Shown here one piece after another: positions 50,040 through 61,044 of a DNA stretch of 64,000 nt. The notes under the pieces are model-generated. The model saw nothing but the letters and a program-made list of their open reading frames with translations, was not told the origin of the DNA and did not search any database. Source of the stretch: Armatimonadota bacterium (lineage in GTDB: Bacteria > Armatimonadota > HRBIN16); contig OY781964.1 in assembly GCA_963677485.1 (NCBI GenBank), positions 2,528,001 to 2,592,000 on the forward strand, given 5' to 3'. Both the position numbers and the translations under genes were made by a program. How positions within the stretch are numbered: position 1 is the stretch's first letter; every line of letters begins with the position of its first letter.

Positions 50040-52129
50040 TCCCCATGTCCGGTTTTTGCGAGCGCGAATGGAAAAACTTCGCCGCTGCCGTGTGTTCTTA
50101 GAAGCCAGCTAGCCACAGTGAATGTCCATTGGGAATCCACCATATCGTCCACTAGAAGCACGGCACCGCGTGGCAACTTTTCCGAGAGCACAGCCAGCGA
50201 ACCATCCACATTTCGCGCTTGCTGAATGCTGTTGGCCAAAAACTTCCGCTCTGGTCTCTGTTCTGTCCTATGTAACACTTCATGATACGGCTAGTTGAGA
50301 GCGGCTGCCAGACGCCTGGCAAAGTCCGGCACCAGCACAGGATGACGCAGCGACGGGATGCTGGTGACCCATGCAAGAGCTGGCTGCATAGCCCATTCGC
50401 GAACAGAAGCCGCACTGGCCGCGACCAATTCCTCACCGAAATGCCCCAGCGAATACTTCCCCAACCGCACTGCCTCACCCCAGCCCGCATCACCCCAGTA
50501 ACAGAGGGCTCGACCGGTTTGGGCATGTTGATTGGGCGGGATATTTCCCTTCATGCCATACTGAGGCATTCCCCAATTGGGCCACTTCTTGCGCGGTGTG
50601 ATGGGAAGACTCGTGCGCCGCAGGAAAGCTGCAGCCTGGAGCTGCAGCTGTGCATCGACAGAGACCGGTAGCGGCGCGATATCTGGCTGTGTCAGCCCGC
50701 AGATGTCACCATCCAATGCATTGATTAAAAAGGCCATGTGTTCATCTTTGAAATCGACATACTGCTGCATCTGCTGTTGTTCATCACGTCGGAGGGATGT
50801 CAGCCTTTCCGCCCGTTCCCAGAAGCTGTGGTGCAGGTTCGTGGTGGTGAGCTGCCATCGGGTGCCTGTTTTAGCGATCGGGGCGGGTGATTCCAGCGAA
50901 AGCAGATCAACCGTCTTGGATATGCGTCCCATACTGATGTTTAGTCTGGCGCACATCTCCGGCACTGATAATCCGTCAGGCTCACGCCCCAATGCCTCGA
51001 TGATCAGCCTGACTTCGTTCTGAGAAGGGAATGCGGATTCGATGAAGAAGTCGTTGATCTCCTGCTCCTCCTCTCCGCTCAGCAGAACCCCGTATGCAGA
51101 GTCAAGCGCGCGGCCCGCGCGACCAACTTGCTGGTAATAGGTCACTACCGAGCCAGGCGTCTGGTAGTGAATCACGAACGACAGATCAGGCTTATCAAAA
51201 CCCATTCCCAGCGCAGGCGTAGCCACCAGCGCATCCAGCTCATTATCAAGCAAGGCTTGCTCCAAGCGCTCGCGCCGTGAGGCATCATCATCGGAAGGCT
51301 GATCGCCGCCTGTGTATGCCTCCACATTCAACCCATGCGACTTCAGCCAGTCTGCCACCAGATGGGCGTCGCGCTTGGTGAGCACGTAGATAATGCCGCT
51401 GCCTGACATTCGGGGCACCTGCTGAGCCATCCAAGCCAGACGGTCAACCTGAGAAGGCATGCGAATCGTCTGCAGGAACAGCGATGGACGGCTTAAGTCA
51501 CCCCGCATCACACGCAGCTCTGGGCCCAGCACAGCCTGGAGGTCAGCCATCACACGGTTGTTGGCGGTGGCGGTGGTGGCTAGCAGGCGCATATTGCGCG
51601 GCAGCGATCTCATGATCCTCTCAATCGACCGGTATTTTGGACGGAAGTCGTGCCCCCAGTCCGAGATGCAGTGAGCTTCGTCTATCACCAGCAGCGAGAT
51701 GCTCTGGGCGATATGTGCCATCACCATAGAAACAAATTCCGTGTTGGTCAGACGTTCGGGCGAAATGAGCAGGATATCGACCTCGTTGCGATGTATGGAT
51801 TCGATCACTGAAGCCCAATCGTCCGTATTGTTGGAGTTGATGGTGGCGGCGTTGATGCCCATGCGTTTCGCGGCTGCGATCTGGTTGCGCATCAACGCCA
51901 GCAGGGGGGAGATCAGCAGGGCGGGGCCGCTGCCGCTGTCACGAAGAATCCGCGTGGCGATGAAATAGACAAAGCTCTTGCCCCAGCCTGTCTTCTGCAC
52001 AACCAGCCGCCGCCCTTTGTTCTCCACAATGTGTCCAATCGCTTCAGATTGGTGTTCACGGAACTCAGCCCTGGTGTCACCTACACCCAGCCGCAACAAC
52101 TCATGCGCATATAACGGATTGTAATCCAC
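50036..52129 (-). pseudogene. RecQ-like helicase with C-terminal PRTase domain (RqlH-like), split by an in-frame TAG at 50291-50293
   Basis: TGWGKS, DEAHCISDWGHDFRP, QQVGRAGR; after the stop, LLVDDMVDSQWT continues in the same frame. Confidence 0.88.
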
Positions 52130-52271
52130 GTTACCTCCTCGATACATACACCTGCGATGGCACGTCATCCTATTCTGGTGACGTGTTAACTAGTCACTTC
52201 AGTTTGGCTAAAAGTATAGGTGACTGTAACTACTCAGCCATCAGATGAGTCTGCCGTGTGTCTGTTCAGGA

Positions 52272-52456
52272 TGGGCGCAACCCATCACGCACCAGACCTT
52301 CCGTGCACCCACGAAGTGGGTAGGATTCTTATAGCCAGGGGTGAGCGAAGCGATACCCCTGGAAAGTGGCGCATCATACTTACCCCGAAGTGGGTCGCAC
52401 CTATTCGCGGTAGCCGTTCTATCAAGTCACCGAAGACGACCCACTTCGGGGGTGCC
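52272..52456. repeat. REP-like multi-hairpin repeat
   Basis: Inverted homologue of 39944-40041. Confidence 0.78.
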
Positions 52457-52547
52457 GGAAGCTGCAGCATCATAAGCGACCATGGACTGATGCACGATCA
52501 TCGCCAATGGCTGAGTAGTTACAGGTGACTTCGGATTTTGCCTGAAC

Positions 52548-52952
52548 CTACCCAGACTGCAGCGCGGTCAGGGCGGCCTGAAGGCGTGCCTTCACCTCGC
52601 CAGGCAGTGCAGCGAGTGCTTTGGCGGTCGCCGCATCCACCACACTGAACATCACCTCGGGGTCCAGAATACTCACCTCAACATCGCCTTGCCCCTCCCG
52701 CAACACCACATTACATGGCAGCAGCAGACCGATATTGGGGTCGGCGGAGAGTGCCTGGTGGGCGAACTTGGGATTGCAGGCACCGAGGATAAGGTATGGC
52801 TCGATTTCCACGCCGATTTTCTCGCGCATGGTCGCTTGAACATCGATAGTCGTGAGAACCCCGAATCCTTGCGCCTTGAGCGCATCCAGCACGCGCGGCC
52901 GGATGGATTCGACGGTACCAGGTAGCGTGATACTCATAGCATATTGGGTCAT
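52548..52952 (-). CDS. DUF302 domain protein
   Basis: GFGVLTTIDV, YLILGACNP, IGLLLPCNVV. Confidence 0.92.
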   Translation of the reverse strand: MTQYAMSITLPGTVESIRPRVLDALKAQGFGVLTTIDVQATMREKIGVEIEPYLILGACNPKFAHQALSADPNIGLLLPCNVVLREGQGDVEVSILDPEVMFSVVDAATAKALAALPGEVKARLQAALTALQSG

Positions 52953-53095
52953 TTTGGTATCTCCTTTGTGCTAAGTGTACCTTGTGGCTGGTGACTATAG
53001 TTGGCGGGAGCGGAACTCTGCTGAAAGCAAATGGTCGTTCTATGGGCAACCTGCACGATCGGTCGGATTAGTCCAATCCGTCGGATTCTAGCCAC

Positions 53096-53731
53096 TCACT
53101 CCTCCTGGTCGTCCAGCAGATCGCCTAGCGGCAGGGTGCTGGTGGAGAGCTTCTCCCGCCAGTAGCTCCGTAACTGCTCCATCTCGGGGTTATCGCCATA
53201 CGCCAGGTCGAGTATCAGCATCACCACATCGGGCCAGCGGCCATCGATCACATTGATCGCCACGGGCCGGTTGGGACGTTCATTGAGCTCGTTGTGGAAG
53301 GCGTGGATCAGCCGGTCGATCAGCATCAGCTTCTGACGGCTGCTCTGAGCACCTTCAAACTGCTCCACAAACGCGGTCACCGCGGTTAAGGCGTTGGTCG
53401 CCACCAACTGCTTATCCTTGTAGCTGCGGTAGTATTGCTCCCAACTCGTCTCCCATCCGCATGAGGGACACCTGATGATCTCCTCACCTCGCTGCTTACC
53501 CATGCGTTTATCGGTGCGGATGATGAGCTGTTCGCACTGTGGACAAGTCACACGCCCCTCTATCGCTGCGGTGACGGTGAGCAGACTCCGGCAACGCAAG
53601 AAAAGGGCGATGAACAGATCGTCCAGCAACTGCTCATCAAGCTGATCCCGTGCCTCGGATTCGTAGAGCTTCCGAATCTTATCAGGACTCACCTTAGGGG
53701 CCCACTTGATGCGGGGCGATTGCGCTGTCAT
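53096..53731 (-). CDS. Hypothetical zinc-ribbon protein
   Basis: CPQC...CPSC; ATG at 53731 after GGAG. Confidence 0.7.
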   Translation of the reverse strand: MTAQSPRIKWAPKVSPDKIRKLYESEARDQLDEQLLDDLFIALFLRCRSLLTVTAAIEGRVTCPQCEQLIIRTDKRMGKQRGEEIIRCPSCGWETSWEQYYRSYKDKQLVATNALTAVTAFVEQFEGAQSSRQKLMLIDRLIHAFHNELNERPNRPVAINVIDGRWPDVVMLILDLAYGDNPEMEQLRSYWREKLSTSTLPLGDLLDDQEE

Positions 53732-53917
53732 TGACCACTCTCCTGTGATGTCAATGTACCTGTTCATATTTCGATATACAAGACAACGGGGGCGGGTGGG
53801 GGTCGAACCAATCCTGCCTTGACATCGCACGCTAAACGGGTTATAACAATCCAAAGCGGCATGGAATGCATAGGCGAATCGCCATGCGCGGCAGCACCAA
53901 CAACAAGAAGGTATACA

Positions 53918-56569
53918 ATGAGACTTTTCCTGATCTGTGCGCTGCTGTTCGCATCAGCGAATGGTGCGTTTGCCGCCAATCTCCCCACCCCATCCAATCC
54001 AAAGGACAAGGCCATGGAACGCAAGATCGAAGCATTGTTGAAGAAAATGACCATCGAAGAGAAAGCCGGTCAGGTCAACCAGAGCGGCTTTGGACCGTTC
54101 GAAAAGTATATGACCTCCAAAACCGGCCTTGGCCACCTGGTGCTGCAGTGGGGTGGAGGCACCACCTCTACACAGGCCGCGGCCGAAGTGAACCGGCTGC
54201 AGAAACTCGCAGTGGAGAAAACCCGGCTGAGCATCCCCTTGCTGGTAGGCTGTGATGGAATCCTGGACGCCCGCGTGGCCGATTCCGTCACCTTCCCGCA
54301 GGAGATAGGGATGGGCTCCACCTGGAACCCCGGCCTGATTCAGAAGGTCTACTCGGTGATATCCAAAGAGCTGCGCGCGGTGGGATACGGACGCACCTAC
54401 ACACCTAACGTGGGACTGGCCCGCGACCCCAGGTTCGGCCGAACCGGTGAGTGCTACAGCGAAGACACTTACCTCACTACCCAGATGGCCATCGCCGCGG
54501 TGCAAGGCTTGAAGGACGAGTCGCTGAAGACCGGCATCATGGCCACCCCAAAGCATTACGCGGCCTACGACGCCACAGACGGCGGGAAAGACTCATCGGC
54601 GATTGATATCTCCGACCGGCGGTTGCGTGAGGTGTGGCTGCCTCCCTTCCGTGCCGCGGTGGATGCCGGTGCTGGTTCGATCATGTGCGCCTACCACGCC
54701 GTGAACGGGGTGCCGGTCGCGGCCAACCACTATCTGCTCACGGACATCCTGAGGAATGAGTGGGGGTTCGACGGGTTTGTCGTCACCGACTTCGTGTGCA
54801 TCGAAAGCCTGCACAACTCCCAGCATGTGGCTGAGAGCTTCGATGATGCGATCAAGCTGGCCTTCGAAGCGGGCGTGGATGTGCATGACCACGACATGGG
54901 TGATGACTTCGCCACCCGGATGGCGGCCCTGGTTCACAAAGGCACCATTTCGGAGAAGGTGCTGGATGAGGCTGTCCGCCGCACTCTCCGCGCCAAATTT
55001 AAACTGGGGCTCTTCGACAACCCGTATGTGGATGTGGAGAAGGCCTCGCAGACTGTCGGCACGAAAGAGCATCAGCAGCTCTCTCTTCAGACGGCGCGCG
55101 AATCGATCGTGTTGTTGAAGAACGACAAAGAGGCCCTCCCGCTGAAGAAGGATGTGGCTTCCATTGCGGTGATCGGGCCCAACGCGGACAGCCTCAAGAA
55201 CCAATGCGGGGTATGGGTGCGTGACCCGCAGGGCTACACCTCGCGGATGGTCACCATACTGCAGGGCATCAAGAGTGCGGTCTCACCTGGCACTGTGGTC
55301 AACTACGCCAAAGGCTGCGAGGTGATGGCCGGATCGCTCTCGATGACCGATATCCCGATCCTCACTGCTGGCTCGCAGGCTGGCTGGCAGGCGGAGTATT
55401 TCAACAACAAGGAGCTGGAAGGCACGCCAGTGCTCACCCGCATTGATGCGAAAGTGGACTTCGACTGGGGCAACGGCTCTCCGGCTCCCGAGGTGAATGT
55501 GGATAACTTCTCCGCCAGATGGACGGGCCGCTACACCGCTTCCTGCAGCGGTAAGCACCGGTTTAACCTAGATGTAGATGATGGCGTACGCCTTTACGTC
55601 GATGACAAGCTGGTGATGAACGCCTGGCCAGACCATGTGGGTGTCACCACCGCCTTGGTTGAGATGCAGCAGGGGCAGCAGTATGAACTCCGCGTGGAAT
55701 ACCATGAAAGTACCGGCGGTGCGAAGTGCAAGCTCACGATGGAGACGCCCATCGCGGGTGAGGCGGGCATCGCCGAGGCGGTAGTTGCGGCGAAGCAGTC
55801 CAGTGTCGCGGTGGTGGTAGTGGGCGACTGCCCGGAACTTAACGCGGAGATTCACGACCGTGCCGACCTGAACCTCACCGGCTATCAGCAGCAACTGGTG
55901 GATGCGGTCTATGCAACCGGCACCCCGACCGTGGTGGTGCTTGTCAATGCCCGGCCGCTGACCATCAACCGCATCGTCGATGGTATCCCCGCCATCGTAG
56001 AGGCATGGAATCCGGGCGAGCAAGGCGGAACGGCCGTGGCGGAGGTGCTGTTTGGCGACTACAACCCTGGCGGTAAGCTGCCGATCAGCTTCCCGTATTC
56101 GGTGGGACAACTGCCTGTCAACTACAACCAGGAGCCTGGCTGGCACCAATCGGGCGACTACTGCGACGGCACGCCCTCCGCGCTGCTATACAACTTCGGC
56201 TTCGGGCTCAGCTACACCAGCTTCAAATACAGCAATCTGCGGCTTTCCAAACCAGAGATGGGCCGCGACGGCCAGGTGGAAGTAAGTGTAGACGTGCAGA
56301 ACACCGGACAGCGGGCGGGCGATGATGTGGTGCAGATGTATATCCACGACCCCGTAGCCAGCGTGGTCCGACCCGTCAAGGAGCTGAAGGGGTTCAAGCG
56401 CGTGCATCTGCAACCCGGTGAGCGTCAGAGGGTTATCATCGTGTTGAAGGCCGACCAGCTTGCCTTCTTCAACAACGCGATGAAGTGGGTGGTGGAGCCT
56501 GGCGAGATTGATATCATGGTGGGCGGCAACTCCGTGGAGCTGCAAAGCGTGAAGCTCACGGTGAAGTAA
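53918..56569 (+). CDS. GH3 beta-glucosidase/xylosidase with PA14 and Fn3 domains
   Basis: RDPRFGR..E.YSED, KHY, GFVVTD, FSARWTG (PA14), RPVKELKGF. Confidence 0.95.
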   Translation: MRLFLICALLFASANGAFAANLPTPSNPKDKAMERKIEALLKKMTIEEKAGQVNQSGFGPFEKYMTSKTGLGHLVLQWGGGTTSTQAAAEVNRLQKLAVEKTRLSIPLLVGCDGILDARVADSVTFPQEIGMGSTWNPGLIQKVYSVISKELRAVGYGRTYTPNVGLARDPRFGRTGECYSEDTYLTTQMAIAAVQGLKDESLKTGIMATPKHYAAYDATDGGKDSSAIDISDRRLREVWLPPFRAAVDAGAGSIMCAYHAVNGVPVAANHYLLTDILRNEWGFDGFVVTDFVCIESLHNSQHVAESFDDAIKLAFEAGVDVHDHDMGDDFATRMAALVHKGTISEKVLDEAVRRTLRAKFKLGLFDNPYVDVEKASQTVGTKEHQQLSLQTARESIVLLKNDKEALPLKKDVASIAVIGPNADSLKNQCGVWVRDPQGYTSRMVTILQGIKSAVSPGTVVNYAKGCEVMAGSLSMTDIPILTAGSQAGWQAEYFNNKELEGTPVLTRIDAKVDFDWGNGSPAPEVNVDNFSARWTGRYTASCSGKHRFNLDVDDGVRLYVDDKLVMNAWPDHVGVTTALVEMQQGQQYELRVEYHESTGGAKCKLTMETPIAGEAGIAEAVVAAKQSSVAVVVVGDCPELNAEIHDRADLNLTGYQQQLVDAVYATGTPTVVVLVNARPLTINRIVDGIPAIVEAWNPGEQGGTAVAEVLFGDYNPGGKLPISFPYSVGQLPVNYNQEPGWHQSGDYCDGTPSALLYNFGFGLSYTSFKYSNLRLSKPEMGRDGQVEVSVDVQNTGQRAGDDVVQMYIHDPVASVVRPVKELKGFKRVHLQPGERQRVIIVLKADQLAFFNNAMKWVVEPGEIDIMVGGNSVELQSVKLTVK

Positions 56570-56599
56570 GGCATAGAGCCGATTGGCCGGAAGGGAATG

Positions 56600-56856
56600 A
56601 TAATCCACAGATTACGCAGATTACACGGATTCGGTCATGGCCGGTGCGGTTTTCCCTTCTGCGCCGGCAAGTAGGTCGGATGGATACAAACGCAATGACG
56701 CAAGGAAGCAAAGGCGCAAAGGGGAGGGTATATAACGGCGCGGTCATGAGCCATCTCCCCATCCGTGTCATCCGATAAATCCGCGCAATCCGTGGTTCAG
56801 ACAAAGGTCCGCGCGGTCATGACCTCATCTGTGTCATCTGCGTAATCTGTGGATTA
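56600..56856. repeat. Nested inverted composite repeat between convergent genes
   Basis: aatccacagattacgcagat ... atctgcgtaatctgtggatt arms enclosing cgcaaag and CACGGAT modules. Confidence 0.85.
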
Positions 56857-56867
56857 TGATTCCTGTG

Positions 56868-57959
56868 CTATTTCTTGCTATCCAGCACCTGCGACTTGAG
56901 TGCCTGAACCAGCTTTTGGGCCAATCCGGTGCTGCCCTCGGCGGTGGGGTGGACGGGGCCATCATACCAGCCGGTGGTGTCGATGTAGTACACACGGCGG
57001 TCACCGGCTGCATGGCAGTCGTCAACCACCGCTTTGATACTCGCCTCCTGCGAACCGATAAACGGGCGCAGAGCTACGATCTTTGTCTTGGGATAGGCTT
57101 TGCGGATCATGCCGATGTAGCGGGCATACAGTGGCTTATACTCTTCAGTCGTCATGCCGCTATCATTGGTGCCCTGGTTGACCACCACCACATCCGGCTG
57201 CCACTTATCACGAGGGCATCCCGCGTAGAACCAGTTGAAGGAATCCAGCGCCCCCACCGCTCCACCGCTTCCACCGTGTTGCAGGCCCGTGGCGCCGAAC
57301 CCGACCTGGCGCCAGGCGGCACCTAGAGCCATCGCGGTCTGCCCGGCATAGGAATTCCGAGCGTCGGTCAGCCAGCTCCAGGCACGCGGCATCCCTGCAA
57401 CCACACCGGCACGGCCTTCTTGAACAAGCACCCCCTCGGTGATGCTGTCGCCAAAGAACTCCATGCTCAAAGCGGGCTTCTTCCACTCGGGGAGCGCGCT
57501 CTCCAGCTTGCCACCGCGGCCGAATGTCAGTCCGGTGAAGGTCACACTCGCCACCAGCGGAGGTGTCCATCGGCTCTGATGTTCATCTAGACCGCGCACC
57601 ATCAGCATCAGACGGTGTTTGCCAGTGCTAAGACCCTCAGCCAGCTTGACTGAAGGGCCGATTTCCGCCTCTCTCCAGTTGCCGCCGTCGATCTGCCAGG
57701 CGATGGTGGGCAGTGCGCCTTTTTCGGTGCAAATACACTGCGCGGTGTTGGTCGAGATATCAAATGTGGCATTCAAACTTGTGCCAGTGAAGCGGGCCAG
57801 CAGGTAGCTTCCTGTGTTCACCGTGACCGCACGCTGTGGGGTGCGCAAATCCCACCGGCCGAAAAAGCAATAACTGCCCGGCCATGAGGGAGCCGCCTGT
57901 AACGCAGATGATGCCAGCAGTAAAATCGGGAGTACGATACCGTATGAGAAACGATGCAT
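56868..57959 (-). CDS. Secreted SGNH/GDSL esterase (CE2-like)
   Basis: FFGDSITEG, NQGTND, DGPVHP. Confidence 0.9.
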   Translation of the reverse strand: MHRFSYGIVLPILLLASSALQAAPSWPGSYCFFGRWDLRTPQRAVTVNTGSYLLARFTGTSLNATFDISTNTAQCICTEKGALPTIAWQIDGGNWREAEIGPSVKLAEGLSTGKHRLMLMVRGLDEHQSRWTPPLVASVTFTGLTFGRGGKLESALPEWKKPALSMEFFGDSITEGVLVQEGRAGVVAGMPRAWSWLTDARNSYAGQTAMALGAAWRQVGFGATGLQHGGSGGAVGALDSFNWFYAGCPRDKWQPDVVVVNQGTNDSGMTTEEYKPLYARYIGMIRKAYPKTKIVALRPFIGSQEASIKAVVDDCHAAGDRRVYYIDTTGWYDGPVHPTAEGSTGLAQKLVQALKSQVLDSKK

Positions 57960-58114
57960 TGATCTCTCCTTAACGCCTGTCGTGTGTTGACTATCTTGCA
58001 GTATATCGCGGTTATAAAGATCATGGCAGGGGAGACGCATAAAGCGCAAGCACGCAAAGGGGCAAAGTCGCACTGGTGATCTGGCGTCTACCTAACAGGC
58101 TACAATCGCGGCCG

Positions 58115-58912
58115 TTATGAAATAACTGTGTTGGTGTTGGTATTCCAGTTCAGTTGATGAACTGGGTGGATACCGCTGTCGTGACTGGCCATCAGCTTCG
58201 GCCGCTCATTAACCATTGTGGGGCTTGTGGTGCGTTTCTTGAAGAATGATAGAAAGTGAGCCTGGTATTGCTCCAGCTTGGGCTGTTCATACCACTCGCC
58301 CTCGTTGAACATCTCGTAGATGACATGCTCGTATTTTGCGGTGGCCTCAATCAAGCGATGGCAGAACCGCTCTTGGTAGAACTGGTTCTTCTGCTGCCAT
58401 GTCCACACGGGGTTATACTGCGACGGCATTTCGTTCTGGTAGTCATGCAGCTCAATATACTGGTCTCTGCGATTCAGCGGACCACCGAGAGCACAGTTAA
58501 ACGGGTGACCCGAGAACAGCGTTGTGCTCCAACCGTCATGCACTCTCAGTATCACCACAATGCCCTTCGTCTTCGCGGTGTGTATGAAGTCACGTAGACG
58601 GAGGAAGTATTGGTCATTGATGGTCGACAGGTCAAACAGGTTGCCGGTTTTAGCCCAGGGCCACAGTTCAGAAGCACTGTAACCCACGCGTGCATCAATA
58701 ACCTGATTTCCTAGCCCGATGTACGACCATAACACCACAGCATTACATCCGTGTTTAGCCAACATCGAGAGGTAGGCTTTCCATTCGAAGTTGGTTCCCA
58801 GACCTCGCCCGCCGTGTGTCACCGAATCACCCACCAGAAGAGTGCGCTTGCCGTTCAGTGTGGCAAAGCGGTCGTCTAGAGTCAGCATTTGTATGGATTC
58901 GTGTTTCAGCAT
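58115..58912 (-). CDS. Putative glycosidase-like TIM-barrel protein, probably 3'-truncated
   Basis: FDLS..NDQYF.RL, VIYEMFNEG; ends soon after the putative acid/base Glu. Confidence 0.55.
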   Translation of the reverse strand: MLKHESIQMLTLDDRFATLNGKRTLLVGDSVTHGGRGLGTNFEWKAYLSMLAKHGCNAVVLWSYIGLGNQVIDARVGYSASELWPWAKTGNLFDLSTINDQYFLRLRDFIHTAKTKGIVVILRVHDGWSTTLFSGHPFNCALGGPLNRRDQYIELHDYQNEMPSQYNPVWTWQQKNQFYQERFCHRLIEATAKYEHVIYEMFNEGEWYEQPKLEQYQAHFLSFFKKRTTSPTMVNERPKLMASHDSGIHPVHQLNWNTNTNTVIS

Positions 58913-58992
58913 TTCTGCACCCGATCACCCGATGTAGTCGCTCGTAAGGGTTATAAGGGTATAGACGATGTGGAGAGCCAATGGTTTATCAC

Positions 58993-59028
58993 AAACAAAA
59001 GCGCCTGCGGGTAATATCCCGCAAGCGC
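58993..59028 (-). terminator. Intrinsic terminator
   Basis: gcgcttgcggg-atatta-cccgcaggcgc-ttttgttt. Confidence 0.7.
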
Positions 59029-59053
59029 CTCATGTCTGAATTCGGGGTAGAGG

Positions 59054-60649
59054 TTACAGGTCGCCCTGAGCTCCGAAGTTCTGGTCGATGATCACATAGT
59101 CGAACAGGTTCACCAGACCATCGCCATCAAGGTCCGCCATGGCATAGCTCGAGCCGAAATGCGAATCGAGCACCACAAAATCAAACAGGTTGACCATGTT
59201 ATCGCCATCGGCGTCGCCGTTTGTCAGCGCAATGATCTGACCCGAGATGCCATCCACCGTAATGTTACGGAATACCCGCTTCAACCAGTGGCTGCCGTCC
59301 AGGCTAAGGGTATAGGTGCCGACACGCAGCCCCTTGATGCTGCCCTTACCGGAGTGATCCAGGACCAGGCTGCCGGTATAGTTATCGGCTCCGGTCAGGA
59401 TGTAAGTGAGGGTGATATTCTCATAGGCCCCTTTGTATTCACTGCCGGTGGTGATGGTCACATTGAAGCTGGTGGGCTGGTATACGATGAAATCAGTGGC
59501 ACTCTGCACCGATCCGCCTGAGGTGGTCACTTCGATCGGGCCGGTGGTGACACCCTGGGGCAGTGTCGCCTTAATAGTGGCGTCATCCACCACCGTAAAC
59601 TGCGCGTTCCAACCATCAAAACTCACCGATATGGTCCCTGCCGTGCTGGCGTTGGCCAATCCGATGAAGTTCTGGCCTTTGATGGTGATCTCCTGGCCAT
59701 AGCTGCCGGCGGCGGCACCGTCTGGTGTGAACGAGCTAATCAGTGGGGCCGGCACAGTCATCACTTGAAAATTCTTGGAGCTGGCCGCCATACCACCTGC
59801 GGTGCTGACCACGATCGGCCCGGTAGTCACACCTTGTGGCAGAATCACCGTGATCGTGGAGTTATCCACCACTGTGCAGGCCGCACCCCACCCACCGATG
59901 GTGACGCTGGTATCGCCACCGATGTGGTTGCCCACAATCTTGAAGTTGGTGCCTTTGATAGTGATCACCTTGCCGTACTCACCGACGAAGCACTTCTCTG
60001 GCGTGAAGGAACTGATAGTGGGCACAGGAACGGGTATCACCGTAAAATTACTGGCACTGGTAGCCGTACCGCCGGATGTGGTCACAGCAACCTTACCGGT
60101 GCTCACACCTTGCGGCACCGTCGCTTTGATGGTGGTGGCATTAACGATTGTAAAGTCCGCACCCCATCCGCCAATGGTCACATCGGTTGCGCCGCTAAAA
60201 TAGGTGGCGGCCACACTGGCAAAGTTGGTGCCCGTGATCGTGATCTCTTGACCATAATCATCTACATAACCAGTATTGGGTGTGAATGAGCTGACGGTGG
60301 GTGCAGGGATGGGCCGCACCTCGAAATCCTGTGCGCTTGATACGGAGCCACCCGGGGTCGTCACAGTAATAGGCCCTGATATCACCACCTCAGGAAGCAC
60401 CGCCGTGATCTTGGTACTGCTGACCACCGTAAAAACCGCTGGCAGCCCTGTAAAGCTGACCGCCGTGGTTCCGGTGAAGTTGGTGCCGTTGATGGTAATC
60501 TGCTGCCCAAAATCCCCCTCATAGGTGCTTGTAGGCGAAAATGTGCTGATGGTGGGTACTGAGACCGCAAATGCGGGGGCGACAAATAGGCATACTAAAA
60601 GCAGCCAGGCCGGTAAGAAGATGCATTTATGACGATTCATGGACGACAC
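59054..60649 (-). CDS. Secreted IPT/TIG x4 + dockerin-like protein (paralogue of 33532-35166)
   Basis: Same architecture; GSHWL, GDADGDNMVNLFDF. Confidence 0.88.
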   Translation of the reverse strand: MSSMNRHKCIFLPAWLLLVCLFVAPAFAVSVPTISTFSPTSTYEGDFGQQITINGTNFTGTTAVSFTGLPAVFTVVSSTKITAVLPEVVISGPITVTTPGGSVSSAQDFEVRPIPAPTVSSFTPNTGYVDDYGQEITITGTNFASVAATYFSGATDVTIGGWGADFTIVNATTIKATVPQGVSTGKVAVTTSGGTATSASNFTVIPVPVPTISSFTPEKCFVGEYGKVITIKGTNFKIVGNHIGGDTSVTIGGWGAACTVVDNSTITVILPQGVTTGPIVVSTAGGMAASSKNFQVMTVPAPLISSFTPDGAAAGSYGQEITIKGQNFIGLANASTAGTISVSFDGWNAQFTVVDDATIKATLPQGVTTGPIEVTTSGGSVQSATDFIVYQPTSFNVTITTGSEYKGAYENITLTYILTGADNYTGSLVLDHSGKGSIKGLRVGTYTLSLDGSHWLKRVFRNITVDGISGQIIALTNGDADGDNMVNLFDFVVLDSHFGSSYAMADLDGDGLVNLFDYVIIDQNFGAQGDL

Positions 60650-60805
60650 TCCTTCATGGGCAGCAGTGATATCCGTCCATTATGGGCGGTTTCACTATGT
60701 ACGTTCCACTCATATCATACCCGTTGGTGTCACCGGTTTCCATATACAAGCTTCCGCCCGTCTATGCACGGCAGCTCATACTGTAACTGATGCGTTCCAA
60801 ATATT

Positions 60806-60972
60806 TGCCTAAGTCCGGGGCGGTCTGCGAGTAGGCTAGCGGCTGCAGAAGGCTCGAGACCGCGCCGGTCTGGCGGATAGCCATGAAAGATAGGTGTCGT
60901 GAACAAGACCGGCGCGGTTTATCGACAGCGGGCATCATAGGCTTACTGACAGACCGCCCCGGACATAGCCAA
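60806..60972. repeat. ~165-bp REPIN-like fold-back element
   Basis: gtccggggcggtctg...gaccgcgccggtct...agaccggcgcggt...cagaccgccccggac. Confidence 0.85.
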
Positions 60973-61044
60973 CCCAGTTACATGCAAGCAAAACCCCTCG
61001 AACGATATAGCCCGAGGGGTTGGGGAGGGAAGCCAGGGGATGCT

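Noticed and set aside
50279-50293. Frameshift or pyrrolysine recoding in the RecQ gene
   Set aside because: Both ORFs are in the same frame, so it is a nonsense codon; no pyl genes are visible in the window to support recoding
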